Assembly: GCA_040757555.1 (NCBI GenBank) | Contig: JBFLWN010000002.1 | Span: 83,116 to 147,115, forward strand | Length of the DNA stretch: 64,000 bases | Direction of reading: 5' to 3' | From: Patescibacteria group bacterium | GTDB lineage: Bacteria; Patescibacteriota; Minisyncoccia; UBA6257; GWB1-50-10 | Shown here: positions 30,301 through 40,945 of the stretch, piece after piece | How positions within the stretch are numbered: the first letter of the stretch is position 1 | How the letters are laid out: every line of letters begins with the position of its first letter | Notes under the pieces: generated by a model | The model's input: only the letters and a program-made list of their open reading frames with translations | Database searches by the model: none | Told to the model about the DNA's origin: nothing | Position numbers and translations under genes: made by a program

Positions 30301-30970
30301 TCAAATCAATTTGCTCCAAAATCTTTCTGATTGCTCCTGCACCACGATCGGCTTCAAACACATCCCCAAATTTTTCGGCCAATGTGTAATACTCCGATTC
30401 GGTGAGAATGAGTCCTGGTTCTAATACCGATACCACATCTCTCAATCGCTCCTTGGATTCTTTTAATTCCTTTGCATTTTCATTCTTGTCCTGTTTTAAA
30501 GATTTATATTCCTTATCAAGCATTTCAAGAACACGTTTCTTGTTTTCTTCATTTACTACCGTCACGATAAACGCGGCATAATAAATTACTTTTTCGAGTT
30601 TTGGAACTGAGATGCCTAAAAGTAAACTCATCTTTGAAGGAACGTTTCGTAAAAACCAAATGTGAGTAACCGGGGTTGCGAGCACAATATGTCCCATGCG
30701 CTCACGACGCACTACTGCACGTGTCACTTCAACACCACATTTTTCGCAGACGATTCCTTTATAACGAATCTTTTTGTATTTTCCGCAGTAACACTCGTAA
30801 TCTTTAGTGGGACCAAAAATTCTTTCCGAAAACAATCCATCCTTTTCCGGTCTCTGTGTTCGATAATTCAATGTTTCCGGCTTTAATACTTCTCCATGTG
30901 ACCATGAAAGTACCTCATCAGGACTTGCAACCCTGATTGAAATTGATTTGAGATCAGCGTTTTTATTCAT
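27329..30970 (-). CDS. rpoC: RNA polymerase beta' subunit
   Basis: [10 protein letters not shown], Zn-finger [22 protein letters not shown]. Confidence 0.99.
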   Translation of the reverse strand: MNKNADLKSISIRVASPDEVLSWSHGEVLKPETLNYRTQRPEKDGLFSERIFGPTKDYECYCGKYKKIRYKGIVCEKCGVEVTRAVVRRERMGHIVLATPVTHIWFLRNVPSKMSLLLGISVPKLEKVIYYAAFIVTVVNEENKKRVLEMLDKEYKSLKQDKNENAKELKESKERLRDVVSVLEPGLILTESEYYTLAEKFGDVFEADRGAGAIRKILEQIDLKDLMKKTKHELETVKDANREKRVLRRLQLIKSLLKSGVRPEWMVFTVLPVLPPELRPMVALEGGRYATADLNDLYRRVINRNNRLKKLIELKSPEVIITNEKRMLQEAVDALIDNSARTGAQLLSSRRRPLRSLADMLKGKQGRFRQNLLGKRVDYSARSVIVVGPELKLNECGLPKNLALELFRHFVINKIIERELAYNIKQANRFIEQRSPEVWGILEEVIADKKVLLNRAPTLHRLGIQAFKPLLIEDLCIRIPPLVCEAFNADFDGDQMAVHLPLTVEAQYEASTLMNAGSNLLKPANGEPITRPTQDVVLGSYFLTRVVEGAKGEGKTFSGFNEAMLAHEHGYLDLNAKIKCIVRGQLIETTCGRLIFNNILPEGFRFVNEMFTKKTLSKLVGEIIDVHGIEESQEHLDSIKSLGFRYATYSGITWAISDTVIPTEKPELVQAGNKRVELIESHYEDGLLTEDERREKIVEVWTNIREQIAPLIPKRMTSENPIFSIFDSGSKGSWAQPIQMMGMKGLVLDANGKTIELPVKSSYKEGLGVLEYFISTHGARKGSTDTALKTASAGYLTRRLVDVSQDLIIKEDDCGTTDGIDVVRAEGDSFGYKFGERLFGRKTAQDIRIDRKLIAREGEIITKEVAKIIQDSKLESVKMRSPITCKSFDGICSACFGLDLSKNKMVAQGEAVGVVAAQSIGEPGTQLTMRTFHIGGVAGFDITYGLPRVEEIFEARPPKGKAMLAKEDGVVEFIKEVGLTKIIEIKNSKRTTSKSKKLKAGVTEYVVPLNINLFVKVGDRVTKGQQLSEGPLDIREILSYRGLEEAQRYIVNEVQKIYVPEGASINDKYVEIIVRQMFSRVIVKDSGDTDFTVDEVVDKQRFLRVNREVKHAKKKPAKAIVRILGITRVALTSDSFLSAASFQETSRVLVNASVEGKTDKLRGLKENVIIGKLVPVGTGFRGIPEEILEAKRLLYAPVVEEKEIVGQTEVPKE

Positions 30971-30980
30971 AGTTTTTTAT

Positions 30981-33900
30981 TTATTTATCTTCTTCGTCAT
31001 CATCAATTCGACTTTTGTCATAGTCATATCTCACATTCAATCCAAGTGATTTCAATTCGGCAACAAGCACGTTAAATGAGGCGGGAAGATTTGGTTTCTT
31101 GATTTCCTGACCTCGAATGATCGATTCAAATGCGGCAGAGCGACCCATTACGTCGTCTGATTTAATGGTAAGCATTTCTTGTAATGTGTGCGCAGCACCA
31201 TATCCTTCAAGTGCCCACACCTCCATTTCTCCGAATCGCTGTCCTCCAAGTTGTGCTTTTCCTCCGAGTGGTTGTTGAGTAATTAATGAGTATGGACCAG
31301 TTGAACGCATATGAATCTTATCTTCAACAAGATGGTTCAACTTCATAATGTAAATGTATCCAACAGTAATCGCTTGTCGAAATGGCTGGCCGGTAAGTCC
31401 ATTATAAAGTTTAATTTTTCCTTCTTCCGGAAATCCCGCAGCTTTCAATTCGTTTCGTATATCCTCTTCGGTTGCGCCGATAAATCCAGGAACCACTGCA
31501 CGATACCCTAATGTATGAGCAGCGAGTCCAAGATGTGTTTCTAAAATCTGTCCGAGGTTCATACGTGATGCAACTCCCAATGGGTTTAATACCACATCCA
31601 CCGAAGTTCCATCTTCCAAATACGGCATATCTTCTACCGGACGGACCGTTGAAATAACTCCCTTGTTTCCATATCGCCCCGCGAGCTTATCTCCTGCACG
31701 GATTTTTCTGAGCTGTGCTACTTCAACCTGAATTTTCTTTATAATTCCCGGTTCAAGCTTATCTCCCCGGTCACGTGAGAAGATTTTGATTCCAATAATT
31801 CTTCCCTGCTTTCCATGGGGAAGTGTAAGTGAAGTATCTTTTACATCCCGAGCTTTTTCACCAAAGATGGCACGAAGTAATCGCTCTTCTGAAGTAAGTT
31901 CTGATTCCCCTTTTGGTGAAATCTTTCCCACAAGGATATCGTTCTCTCGCACCTCCGCACCAATACGAACAATTCCTTCTTCATCAAGGTTTCTTAATTT
32001 ATCTTCCGAAACATTCGGAATATCTGGCGTGGTCATTTCAGGTCCAAGTTTTGTGTCTCTTACGGAGCACACAAATGTTTCAATATGAATTGAAGTAAAG
32101 AAATCATCTTTTGCTACTCTTTCGGAAAGGACAATAGCATCTTCAAAATTTCCTCCTTCAAACGGAACGAATGCAACCAACAAATTTCTTCCCAAACTCA
32201 AAATCCCATTTGCGGTCGCGGGACCATCAGCAAGCACTGTTCCTTTTTTTACTTTTTGTCCAACCTCAACAATCGAGCGCTGTGAAACACACGTTGATTG
32301 GTTTGATCGTTTAAATTTCAAAAGGGGAAACGTCTTTTTTCCCGTATCTGTTTTCACTACCACTGCATCTGCATCCACTTCAAGTACTATTCCTTCAACA
32401 TCTGAAATAATCATCTGAGCAGAATCACGTGCCGCACGCTCTTCCTGTCCAGTTCCCACAAGCGGAGCCTCCGCATAAATAGGAGGAACTGCCTGACGTT
32501 GCATGTTTGAAGCCATAAGTGCACGGTTTGCATCGTTATGCTCCAAAAAAGGAACGAGTGACGTAGAAATACTGACTGATTGATTTGGCGATACATCAAC
32601 AAAATGAACCTCTTCTTTTTCGCACATTCCCGCAATACCACCGATACGGGCAGGAATTCTTTTTTCAATGATTTTATTATGTTCGTCGAGCTTCACGTCG
32701 GACTGTGCAATATTATATTTCTGTTCGCTGAATGCATCGAGCCATACCACTTCGTTTTTCACCATACAATTTTCAACCTTGAAATATGGTGTTTCCAAAA
32801 ATCCAAATTCATTCAAACGGGCATAACTTGAAAGATAACTTACCAATCCAATACTTGACCCTTCCGGAGTTTGAATCGGACAAATTCTTCCATAATACGA
32901 ACTATGTACGTCACGAACTTCAAATCCCGCGCGCTCTCGTGTGAGTCCTCCGGGTCCCATTGTGGAAAGACGTCTCTTATGTTCAAGTTCAGCAAGAGGA
33001 TTTACCTGATCCATAAACTGGGACAATTGTGATGATGCAAAAAAGTCACGCACCACTGCGGTCAAAAGTTTATAATTGATGAGTTGTACTGGCTGAAGAC
33101 CATTTCTATCAAATGTGGACATTCTGTCTTGTACCCCCCTTCGAAGTCGCGCAAATCCAACGCGAAGTCTTGCTTGTACTAATTCTCCCACTGCACGAAT
33201 TCTTCTGTTTCCCAAGTGATCGATATCATCGGGTTTTGCATATTGATTGTTATTCAATCGAATAACTTCCTTAATAATATTTACAAGATCCTCACGATCT
33301 AAAATTCCAGCAGTTTTCTTGGTGAATCCAAGGCGCTGATTTAATTTATATCTTCCCACTTTACTCAAATCATATCGGTCAAAACGGAAAAACATCGGTT
33401 CAATAATCGAATGAGCGCTTTCGGATGTCACAAGATCTCCGGGACGAAGACGTCGATAGATTTCCATATAAGAATCTTCAACGGTCTTTGCTTCATCTTT
33501 TTTGAGCGTAGTTTCAATATATTTTATTTTTCCGGTATCCACATCGGCAAATGTTTTTAAAATTTCTTCCGGAGTTTCAATACCAAAAATGCGCAACAAT
33601 TCCGTTACCGGTGCTTTTCTTTTTCGGTCAATTTTAACTCCAAGAAATCCGTCGGCTTCCGTTTCAATTTCGAGCCATACTCCACGGTTTGGAATTACTT
33701 TTGCGCTAAATAATTTTTTTCCACGGAATACATTCATTAAGAAATATACACCGGGAGAACGAATAAGTTGAGAAATGACCACGCGCTCCACCCCATTAAT
33801 AATGAATGTTCCGCGTTCGGTCATAATTGGGAAGTCACCCAAATATACTTCCTGCACTTTTGACTCCTTTGTTTCGTGATTGGTAAGTTTTAAATTTACA

Positions 33901-34163
33901 CGAAGTGCCGCCTCATAGGTTTGATCCTTTTCCTTTGTCTGAAGTTCCGTATATTTCGGAGGATCAAATTTATAATCAAGGAAATGCAACTCGAGCTCTT
34001 CTCCGGTGTGATCTTTAATCGGAGAAATTTCATCGAAAAGCTCGCGAAGTCCTTTTTCGACAAACCACTTGAACGACTTTGATTGAATCTCTATGAGATT
34101 CGGCGACTCAAAAGATGGGCCGCGATACGAAGAGAAAACCTTTGCTTTTAAATGTTGTACCAT
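30981..34163 (-). CDS. rpoB: RNA polymerase beta subunit
   Basis: SQLSQFMDQ, GDKLAGRYGNKG, GGQRFGEME. Confidence 0.99.
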   Translation of the reverse strand: MVQHLKAKVFSSYRGPSFESPNLIEIQSKSFKWFVEKGLRELFDEISPIKDHTGEELELHFLDYKFDPPKYTELQTKEKDQTYEAALRVNLKLTNHETKESKVQEVYLGDFPIMTERGTFIINGVERVVISQLIRSPGVYFLMNVFRGKKLFSAKVIPNRGVWLEIETEADGFLGVKIDRKRKAPVTELLRIFGIETPEEILKTFADVDTGKIKYIETTLKKDEAKTVEDSYMEIYRRLRPGDLVTSESAHSIIEPMFFRFDRYDLSKVGRYKLNQRLGFTKKTAGILDREDLVNIIKEVIRLNNNQYAKPDDIDHLGNRRIRAVGELVQARLRVGFARLRRGVQDRMSTFDRNGLQPVQLINYKLLTAVVRDFFASSQLSQFMDQVNPLAELEHKRRLSTMGPGGLTRERAGFEVRDVHSSYYGRICPIQTPEGSSIGLVSYLSSYARLNEFGFLETPYFKVENCMVKNEVVWLDAFSEQKYNIAQSDVKLDEHNKIIEKRIPARIGGIAGMCEKEEVHFVDVSPNQSVSISTSLVPFLEHNDANRALMASNMQRQAVPPIYAEAPLVGTGQEERAARDSAQMIISDVEGIVLEVDADAVVVKTDTGKKTFPLLKFKRSNQSTCVSQRSIVEVGQKVKKGTVLADGPATANGILSLGRNLLVAFVPFEGGNFEDAIVLSERVAKDDFFTSIHIETFVCSVRDTKLGPEMTTPDIPNVSEDKLRNLDEEGIVRIGAEVRENDILVGKISPKGESELTSEERLLRAIFGEKARDVKDTSLTLPHGKQGRIIGIKIFSRDRGDKLEPGIIKKIQVEVAQLRKIRAGDKLAGRYGNKGVISTVRPVEDMPYLEDGTSVDVVLNPLGVASRMNLGQILETHLGLAAHTLGYRAVVPGFIGATEEDIRNELKAAGFPEEGKIKLYNGLTGQPFRQAITVGYIYIMKLNHLVEDKIHMRSTGPYSLITQQPLGGKAQLGGQRFGEMEVWALEGYGAAHTLQEMLTIKSDDVMGRSAAFESIIRGQEIKKPNLPASFNVLVAELKSLGLNVRYDYDKSRIDDDEEDK

Positions 34164-34173
34164 ATGACCTTTT

Positions 34174-35193
34174 TTACAAATATTTTGCGCGTTTTATATT
34201 GTGCTCTTCTAGCGTCTTTGAGAAGAGTGTTTCTTTGGTTTTTGAGGAAGAGAGATAATAGAGATACTGGCTTTTTTGAGGTGAAAGTGCTGCTCGAATC
34301 GCTGACTCTCCCGGATTTGAAATTGGTGTGGGTGGCCATCCCATTCGTTCATACGTATTGTACGGCGAAGCGATACGAAGATCAGAGCGAGTCACTAATA
34401 AATTCTCGCATCCCCGCACCTCTCCATCACACTTTGCATACCCGATTGTTGCATCAACTTGTAACGGCATCTTCAGGGAAATTCTTCTTAGGAGGATCCC
34501 CGCAACAATCTGTCGGTCTTCGAATTCGGGAACTTCTCTTTCAAGAAGCGAGGAAAGAATTAATGTTTCATACCAATTTTTCTGTCCCGAGAGAAGTGGC
34601 CACGCCCTTTCGGAAAATACATCAAGCATTCTTCGAACCACTTTTTCCGGAGATGAATTTAATTCAAAGTAGTATGAATCAGGAAACAAAACTCCCTCGA
34701 GAGAAGAAATGTTATTGAGAAACGGATAATCAGAGGTGAGATTCTTTATTTGAAAATTTTTAATCGTCCCTTTTTCTACAATTTTTGCATCAGCAAGAAT
34801 TACATCGATGTCCGCAAGTGTTGATCCTTCGGGAATAGTTATGAGCACATCACTTCTCCCTTTTGAGGTCAGTACATTCACAATTTGGGGAACACTCATG
34901 GTATCGGACAACATGTATGTACCCGGTTGAAATCGTTGCGCCTTCCCAGTCAAAAGTGCATACACTTTAAAAACGGTAAGTGATTTTACAACAGATTCCT
35001 GTGAAAGACGTGCTCCAATTTCCTTAAATCCTTCTCCCTTTATAATTTTGAATTCTCGTTCTGTTTTTAAAATGTTATTTGGTTGCAAACTGTAGAAAAA
35101 ATAGGCAACTACAATAATACACACCAAAATTATGGCAAGCGCAACGAACACACGAAAGTTCACCGCGCCTCCTTGTTTTAATTGAGGATTCAT
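34174..35193 (-). CDS. mltG: endolytic transglycosylase MltG
   Basis: LEGVLFPDSY, SLLERE, LQVDAT, SPYNTY...PPTPISNPG. Confidence 0.93.
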   Translation of the reverse strand: MNPQLKQGGAVNFRVFVALAIILVCIIVVAYFFYSLQPNNILKTEREFKIIKGEGFKEIGARLSQESVVKSLTVFKVYALLTGKAQRFQPGTYMLSDTMSVPQIVNVLTSKGRSDVLITIPEGSTLADIDVILADAKIVEKGTIKNFQIKNLTSDYPFLNNISSLEGVLFPDSYYFELNSSPEKVVRRMLDVFSERAWPLLSGQKNWYETLILSSLLEREVPEFEDRQIVAGILLRRISLKMPLQVDATIGYAKCDGEVRGCENLLVTRSDLRIASPYNTYERMGWPPTPISNPGESAIRAALSPQKSQYLYYLSSSKTKETLFSKTLEEHNIKRAKYL

Positions 35194-35292
35194 TTAATCA
35201 AAGGGATAAAATTTGGACACAAAAATACGTGGAAAATATCTTCAAATTTGGAAAAAAATAAGTTGCGCAAAAAACAGCGCTTCCTCGATTTT

Positions 35293-36375
35293 TTAACGGG
35301 ATTCAAATTTGATATGTTCAATTATACTTATAAGTACCCCCGCCGTCAAGAGACTCGACCCCCCGTAACTGAAGAACGGGAAGGTAATCCCAGTAACCGG
35401 CATAAGCCCCAAATCTGAGCCTACATTTATAAAAAACTGAAGTGTAAAGATAATAATAGTCCCTAATAAGACAAATTTTGAATAGTTATCCCCAACTCGA
35501 AGTCCAATTTGTAATAATCGATATAAAAGGAAAAAAAATGCTCCAATAATACATATCCCGCCCAAGAGTCCCCACTCCTCCACAAATGCAGCAAAAATAA
35601 AGTCAGTTTGTGCTTCAGGAAGAAAATGGAGATGTGATTGAGTGCCAAGACCAAATCCCTTTCCAAAAAAACCAGCCGATCCAATCGCAATTTTCGATTG
35701 AATCACATTGTAATTAATCCCAAATGGATCTTTTTCGGGAAACACGAACGCGGTAAGTCGATCTTTTTGATATGGCTTCAAAAATGAAGTCCAGAGAACA
35801 ACAAAAAGAAGAATCGCCACCACGATGCCGAGAAGTAGTCTTTTCTTTTGGATACCACTTACAAAAAGAAATCCAATCCATATTCCCACAATAATGAGTG
35901 TGGAACCAAAGTCGGGATGCATAATCACAAGCCCCGCAGGAATTGCGGTATAAAAAAAAGAAAGAAAAATATTTTTTGTTTGCGATGCAGAGATGTGTCT
36001 TCGAGAAAAAAAATGCGCAAGAATAAACAATAATCCGATTTTTACAAGTTCTACTGGTTCAAACTGAAACCCACCGACTACGAGCCAACTTTTTGTTCCA
36101 CGAATAGTCGTACTCTGAAGATGAGATAACACAAGAAGTCCCACCCCTCCCCAAAATAATCCATGACGAAACCAGCCCTGCCCTCCTAACCACTGCCAAT
36201 TTATCTTTCTCCCGAAAAAAATAAGAAGAAACACTGCAATATACCAAAATATCTGCCTGCGGAAAAAAGCCATATTGGTACTTGCGAGGGATAAAAGACT
36301 TCCTGCCGCAAGAATGGAAATTGAGAAAAAGATTCCCCAATCAAGTTGTTTTCCGTGTACAATGGTCATAACCAA
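35293..36375 (-). CDS. rodA: SEDS protein RodA/FtsW
   Basis: FQFEPVELVK, HPDFGS, QSKIAIGSAG, PEAQTDFIF, SYGGSS. Confidence 0.85.
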   Translation of the reverse strand: MVMTIVHGKQLDWGIFFSISILAAGSLLSLASTNMAFFRRQIFWYIAVFLLIFFGRKINWQWLGGQGWFRHGLFWGGVGLLVLSHLQSTTIRGTKSWLVVGGFQFEPVELVKIGLLFILAHFFSRRHISASQTKNIFLSFFYTAIPAGLVIMHPDFGSTLIIVGIWIGFLFVSGIQKKRLLLGIVVAILLFVVLWTSFLKPYQKDRLTAFVFPEKDPFGINYNVIQSKIAIGSAGFFGKGFGLGTQSHLHFLPEAQTDFIFAAFVEEWGLLGGICIIGAFFFLLYRLLQIGLRVGDNYSKFVLLGTIIIFTLQFFINVGSDLGLMPVTGITFPFFSYGGSSLLTAGVLISIIEHIKFESR

Positions 36376-36380
36376 AGAAA

Positions 36381-37148
36381 TTATCGAGTACTTATGAATA
36401 CTTTCGTACGCGAGACGTCAATTTCATCGGTAATAAACTTATTTCCCGGAAATGAGATGACAAAGGGTTTTTCCTCAAGTCCACTCAAATTAGATAGTAC
36501 TGTTTGTCCGGGAAAAACCTCCATATCATATTGGTCATATAATATCGCGGTAATCCTCACCTCCGAAGCAATGATAGAACTCTGATTTTTTAGACTTCCC
36601 GATACACGCACTCCCTGATCTGTCTTTTTTGTCTCCAATCCCGATGATAACACCACATCAGAGCGAAGTGTTTCATATGCCTTTTTCCACGATACATCCG
36701 AAATGAGTAATTCGATTTTATTAATATCTTTTACAGAAGAAGAAATTCTTGGTTCAAATATAATTTTTTTCTCAAGTGCAAAAATTGCATCATTCCCTGA
36801 TATTCTTTCTATCTCGCGATTTCTTATATCATAAACGACAAATGTATACGAAAATTTATCTGAAGAAAAAAACTGATTTGAATTTAATATTTCTGCAAGT
36901 AAAATAACCTTCCCATTATCAAGCGAAAATATACGAACATCTCCCATGTGTTTTAATGGGACAAGCTCAGTAATTTCGCATTTGGTACACCCTCCCCCAC
37001 AGTCAATTCCGGTTTCGTTTTGATTTTGGATGCCATCGGAACATGTTGGCGTACCTATAATTAATCCACCGAATAACCAATAAAAAACCAATCCAAATAT
37101 ACAAAGGTAAAACATTCCATATGCAAACTTTTTTACTCCGCGTGTCAT
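36381..37148 (-). CDS. membrane-anchored hypothetical protein with Cys motif and Ig-like domains
   Basis: TM, then TCSDGIQNQNETGIDCGGGC; two beta-rich repeats (V.G.LKN...ILYD). Confidence 0.75.
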   Translation of the reverse strand: MTRGVKKFAYGMFYLCIFGLVFYWLFGGLIIGTPTCSDGIQNQNETGIDCGGGCTKCEITELVPLKHMGDVRIFSLDNGKVILLAEILNSNQFFSSDKFSYTFVVYDIRNREIERISGNDAIFALEKKIIFEPRISSSVKDINKIELLISDVSWKKAYETLRSDVVLSSGLETKKTDQGVRVSGSLKNQSSIIASEVRITAILYDQYDMEVFPGQTVLSNLSGLEEKPFVISFPGNKFITDEIDVSRTKVFISTR

Positions 37149-37307
37149 AGTTTTATAATACCTCCAAAATCTATATATTCATAATACTTTCATACTATGA
37201 TAATCACCTTCCCATCAGTTTCCGAAAAAATATCTTTAACCGAAACATACCTGCCTGAAAAAGCATTCGGAAAAGAATTTTATATTTCTTAAGACGCCAC
37301 ATCATGT

Positions 37308-39125
37308 TTATAAAAATTCCGATTTGTAACAATCATGACAATATATAATTTCTTCTTGTTCGGGAGAAAATGTTGTTTCAAATTCGTTGGGACACGATTT
37401 ATCCCCATGAAAATGCTCTGTGGTATTTGTATAGGGTAATAGTTTTTGGTCTTTTATCTTCGGTTGATTACACTGACACCTTCTCCTATAAAGATGAAAC
37501 CCGTTTCGCCATGAAAGTATCTCAGCTGTTCTGCAACTGGGACAAAGACGAGGGAGTGCGATATTCATTTCCCGATGAAATGCCAACTCTTCTTTGGTAA
37601 TACGAAATGCCTTTGTACATCCATCAAGACACGCGTTGTGCTCGGTCTGCCACACATTTGTAGAATGTTCACATTCAATAATTTCATCCAAAATTGAATC
37701 AGGAACATCATTTATATGATCCGGGATATCGCCATACTTCAATGAAATTTTATAATTTCGTTCCGCTTCGTCCCGCCACTGCCATCCCTCCTCGAGGATT
37801 TCCTCTTTGGTTCTTGGATACCAAGGGAATGCTGCAGACTCGTTGTATGCATATGCGGAAAATTCTGGTGGAAAAAACTCTCCGAATTTATATATTCTTC
37901 CTTTTTTATCGATATACGGCATATCGTCCATATGTACTCGTATCACTTTGGACAATGTTTCGTATTCTTCTTTTGTATACTGTCGGTTCAATATACAGTA
38001 TTTTTTATTCTGAATTGATACACACCCGATTGAATGAGACGAATTTCTTGCCCAATCACAATACATTGTGTCAATAGAATTATTTCCTCCCGCTGAAAAG
38101 AAACATCGCTCAACATTCCTTGTCATCGCATAAATTTCATAAAGAAGTTGAGAATTTATCCCCCCTCCACCCACATCATAACTGTCTTTCAAACCCAACC
38201 CTCCAAAGTAAATATATTTACAATTTTCCACGTTATCGAGTGCGGAGAAACATGTTTTGCAATTTTTTGTATCGCGGATAATATCGCCCGTAACATTTTG
38301 ACTATTCAATACGTGGGCATATCGTCGTGGGAGAGAAAGATAAAATGCCCTAAATTTTGTTTTTGCCTCTTGAAGTTTTTTATAACTTCCCAAATCCCAA
38401 TATTTTAATTTCGAGAAATATTCCTCTTTCGAAAATTTTTCGTTAAATATACAATATTTTTGTTTTCTTAAATTCACACATCCAAAACAATCGGAACACC
38501 CGACACAATCAAAAAGAAACAGAGAATCGAGACATTCATCCGAGAAATATCCAAACTGTGTCCGATAGAGACGATTTGAGTGAAGCGAGAAATACACGTG
38601 ATCCGAATTATCGACAACATAAGAATCATACGTATCCTTTGAAAATAAAAGTCCATAATCAAACTGGGAATTCTCCGAAAAATAACTCCAAAATACATAG
38701 TAGCAATTTTTAAGACTCTGGCCCGCGTGTGAATATTCACTTTCAATAAGATTTGTACCGGTAAATGCCGGTCGCGGAACCGCTTCAAGAAGTTTCCGAT
38801 ATTGTACAAAAAATGGCTGCGAAAAATCATATTCCCGACCGTAATCCATAGGATCCCATTTATCGGAAAACCAGCATTCACGACAATACACGGTAAAAGA
38901 CGTTCCTGGGGCGTGAATAGTGATGATCTGTTTTCCGCACAGTCCGCACACGTTTTTATAGAGCGTCCGCTCTTCTCTCCACATCATTCGTCTTAAGTTT
39001 CGACACTCCGGACACCATGTCGGCGCCGGTACATCAATTTTTTTGTAGAAATCAAAATCCTCCGGTTCAATAATAAATTCCGTCTTGCAGTTTTGGCAGA
39101 TCCTATTTTCTTGTTGGTTTTCCAT
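37308..39125 (-). CDS. Cys-rich multi-zinc-ribbon protein, paralogue 4
   Basis: 605 aa; family motifs. Confidence 0.85.
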   Translation of the reverse strand: MENQQENRICQNCKTEFIIEPEDFDFYKKIDVPAPTWCPECRNLRRMMWREERTLYKNVCGLCGKQIITIHAPGTSFTVYCRECWFSDKWDPMDYGREYDFSQPFFVQYRKLLEAVPRPAFTGTNLIESEYSHAGQSLKNCYYVFWSYFSENSQFDYGLLFSKDTYDSYVVDNSDHVYFSLHSNRLYRTQFGYFSDECLDSLFLFDCVGCSDCFGCVNLRKQKYCIFNEKFSKEEYFSKLKYWDLGSYKKLQEAKTKFRAFYLSLPRRYAHVLNSQNVTGDIIRDTKNCKTCFSALDNVENCKYIYFGGLGLKDSYDVGGGGINSQLLYEIYAMTRNVERCFFSAGGNNSIDTMYCDWARNSSHSIGCVSIQNKKYCILNRQYTKEEYETLSKVIRVHMDDMPYIDKKGRIYKFGEFFPPEFSAYAYNESAAFPWYPRTKEEILEEGWQWRDEAERNYKISLKYGDIPDHINDVPDSILDEIIECEHSTNVWQTEHNACLDGCTKAFRITKEELAFHREMNIALPRLCPSCRTAEILSWRNGFHLYRRRCQCNQPKIKDQKLLPYTNTTEHFHGDKSCPNEFETTFSPEQEEIIYCHDCYKSEFL

Positions 39126-39149
39126 TTAAAACTTAGAATTTAAAATTCT

Positions 39150-40931
39150 TTATACTATTTCCGCTTGATAGCATTGTTCGCAATAGACAATCTCTTTTCG
39201 GTCAGGAGAATAACTCGTTTCGAATTCATTTTGACACGCCCCTTCGTGTTGATGCTTCCCGGTATTTGTGTATATTCCATTTTCACTTTTTATACCCGCA
39301 CATTGGCACGTTCGCTTCCAAAGTTTTAGAGGATTTCGTTGTTTTAGTCGAGCGTAATGACGACAATTTGGACAGAGATTTGGAAGTGGAATTCCATTTT
39401 TCTTATAAAGCTGAAATTCTTGAGGAATAATTTTAAATGCAATCGTGCATTGGTCGTTACAATTTCCTCCATGGGCGCACGCGATAATATCATTAGTTAT
39501 TGAGTCTGAAATATTATTTATATCATCCGGAATATTTTCCGATTTTATGGTTACTTTATAATCTCTCTCTTCTCTATCTCTCCAGGTATATCCCTTTTTT
39601 ATCGTCTCTTCTTTGGTGAGGGGAAAATATTCCTGCACCGCTGCTTCATTATAAGCAAATGGGGAAAATTCTATGGGAAAAAATTCTCCATATTTATATT
39701 CCCTTCCCGCCGAATCTTTATATGGATGTTCATTCATCTGAGCAATAATTTCCCCTACTTTATGCTCATAATCTTCCTTCGTGTACTGTTTGTTTAAAAT
39801 ACAATATTGCTTATTGCGAAGTCCTATACATCCAAAACAATTCGAACAATTTCTCAAAAAATAACAGTAACGAATTGAATAGCTATCCCATACATTTCCC
39901 GAAAACGCAGCGTCATGCATATTGCTCCCCGCGTCCATAACATCATAGCTCTTTTCCATATTCACCCCAACCGCATATGCATCATAAAGATCTCTCATGT
40001 CGGTAACCCCATATATTACAAAACGCGAATCTTCCAATGGCCCCTCTATATCGAAACAATCCTTGCTATTTTTTACCTCTTTCAAATAATCGCCTGTGGC
40101 ATTAACAATGTGACGTGAGTTGGAAAACTTTTTTGGATATTTGAGAACAAGAGAAGAAAATTTTTCTTTGAAATTTTCATTTCCCGTCTTTGTGTTTAAA
40201 TGAAGTGTATTTACCTCATTTTTATATTCTTCTTCGGATAATTTTCTATTTAAAATACAATACTTACTGTTGCGCAAACCGACACAACCAATGCAATATT
40301 GGCAATTTCGACAGTCATAACAATATTTCGAATCAATACAAGTATCGGAAAGAATAAGATGGTCGCTGTTATAACACCCTTCAGAATCGATAAGTTCATA
40401 ACATCCCTCATTCTTACTCGATCCAATCATGTCGGATGAATTTTTGTTTTTGATTGAATGATAAAGGTAAGACGAATCTTCATTCATATCACTCGCAAAA
40501 TTCAAATAACAGTTTTTTGATTGATAGGTGAAATTGCAATAATCACTTTCAACCCCATCAATATTAATGAGTGCGGGAGTAGGCACCTTATAAAGAAGTT
40601 CCTTCCATTGTTCGAGAAATGGACGCGATGGATCATATACCGACCCAAATTCCATCGGATCCCACTTATCACTCCACCAATATGTGTGGTCATATACTTT
40701 TGCTGGTGATTCTGGCGAATACATAGAAATAAGCATCTCCTCGTGACCAGGGGCATCACATTTTCTTTTATAGAGATTACGTTCGTTTCTGAAACTAAGC
40801 CGACGCTGTAATCTACACTCCGGACAAAACGTCGGGGCGGGAACATCCATTTTTTTGTAGAAATCAAAATCCTCACTCTCAATCGTGAACTGATTTTTGC
40901 AATTCTGACATTGTTTAGTTTCTGAATTCAT
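39150..40931 (-). CDS. Cys-rich multi-zinc-ribbon protein, paralogue 5
   Basis: 593 aa; family motifs. Confidence 0.85.
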   Translation of the reverse strand: MNSETKQCQNCKNQFTIESEDFDFYKKMDVPAPTFCPECRLQRRLSFRNERNLYKRKCDAPGHEEMLISMYSPESPAKVYDHTYWWSDKWDPMEFGSVYDPSRPFLEQWKELLYKVPTPALINIDGVESDYCNFTYQSKNCYLNFASDMNEDSSYLYHSIKNKNSSDMIGSSKNEGCYELIDSEGCYNSDHLILSDTCIDSKYCYDCRNCQYCIGCVGLRNSKYCILNRKLSEEEYKNEVNTLHLNTKTGNENFKEKFSSLVLKYPKKFSNSRHIVNATGDYLKEVKNSKDCFDIEGPLEDSRFVIYGVTDMRDLYDAYAVGVNMEKSYDVMDAGSNMHDAAFSGNVWDSYSIRYCYFLRNCSNCFGCIGLRNKQYCILNKQYTKEDYEHKVGEIIAQMNEHPYKDSAGREYKYGEFFPIEFSPFAYNEAAVQEYFPLTKEETIKKGYTWRDREERDYKVTIKSENIPDDINNISDSITNDIIACAHGGNCNDQCTIAFKIIPQEFQLYKKNGIPLPNLCPNCRHYARLKQRNPLKLWKRTCQCAGIKSENGIYTNTGKHQHEGACQNEFETSYSPDRKEIVYCEQCYQAEIV

Positions 40932-40945
40932 TTTTTCTTTATAAA

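Noticed and set aside
37197-37292. 31-aa plus-strand ORF MIITFPSVSEK...
   Set aside because: No clear RBS or promoter spacing and no motif; likely chance in an intergenic region.
3185-40931. Diversity-generating retroelement acting on the Cys-rich paralogues
   Set aside because: No reverse transcriptase, and no ~100-bp TR/VR pair differing only at adenines was seen; similarity among paralogues is ordinary codon-level homology.
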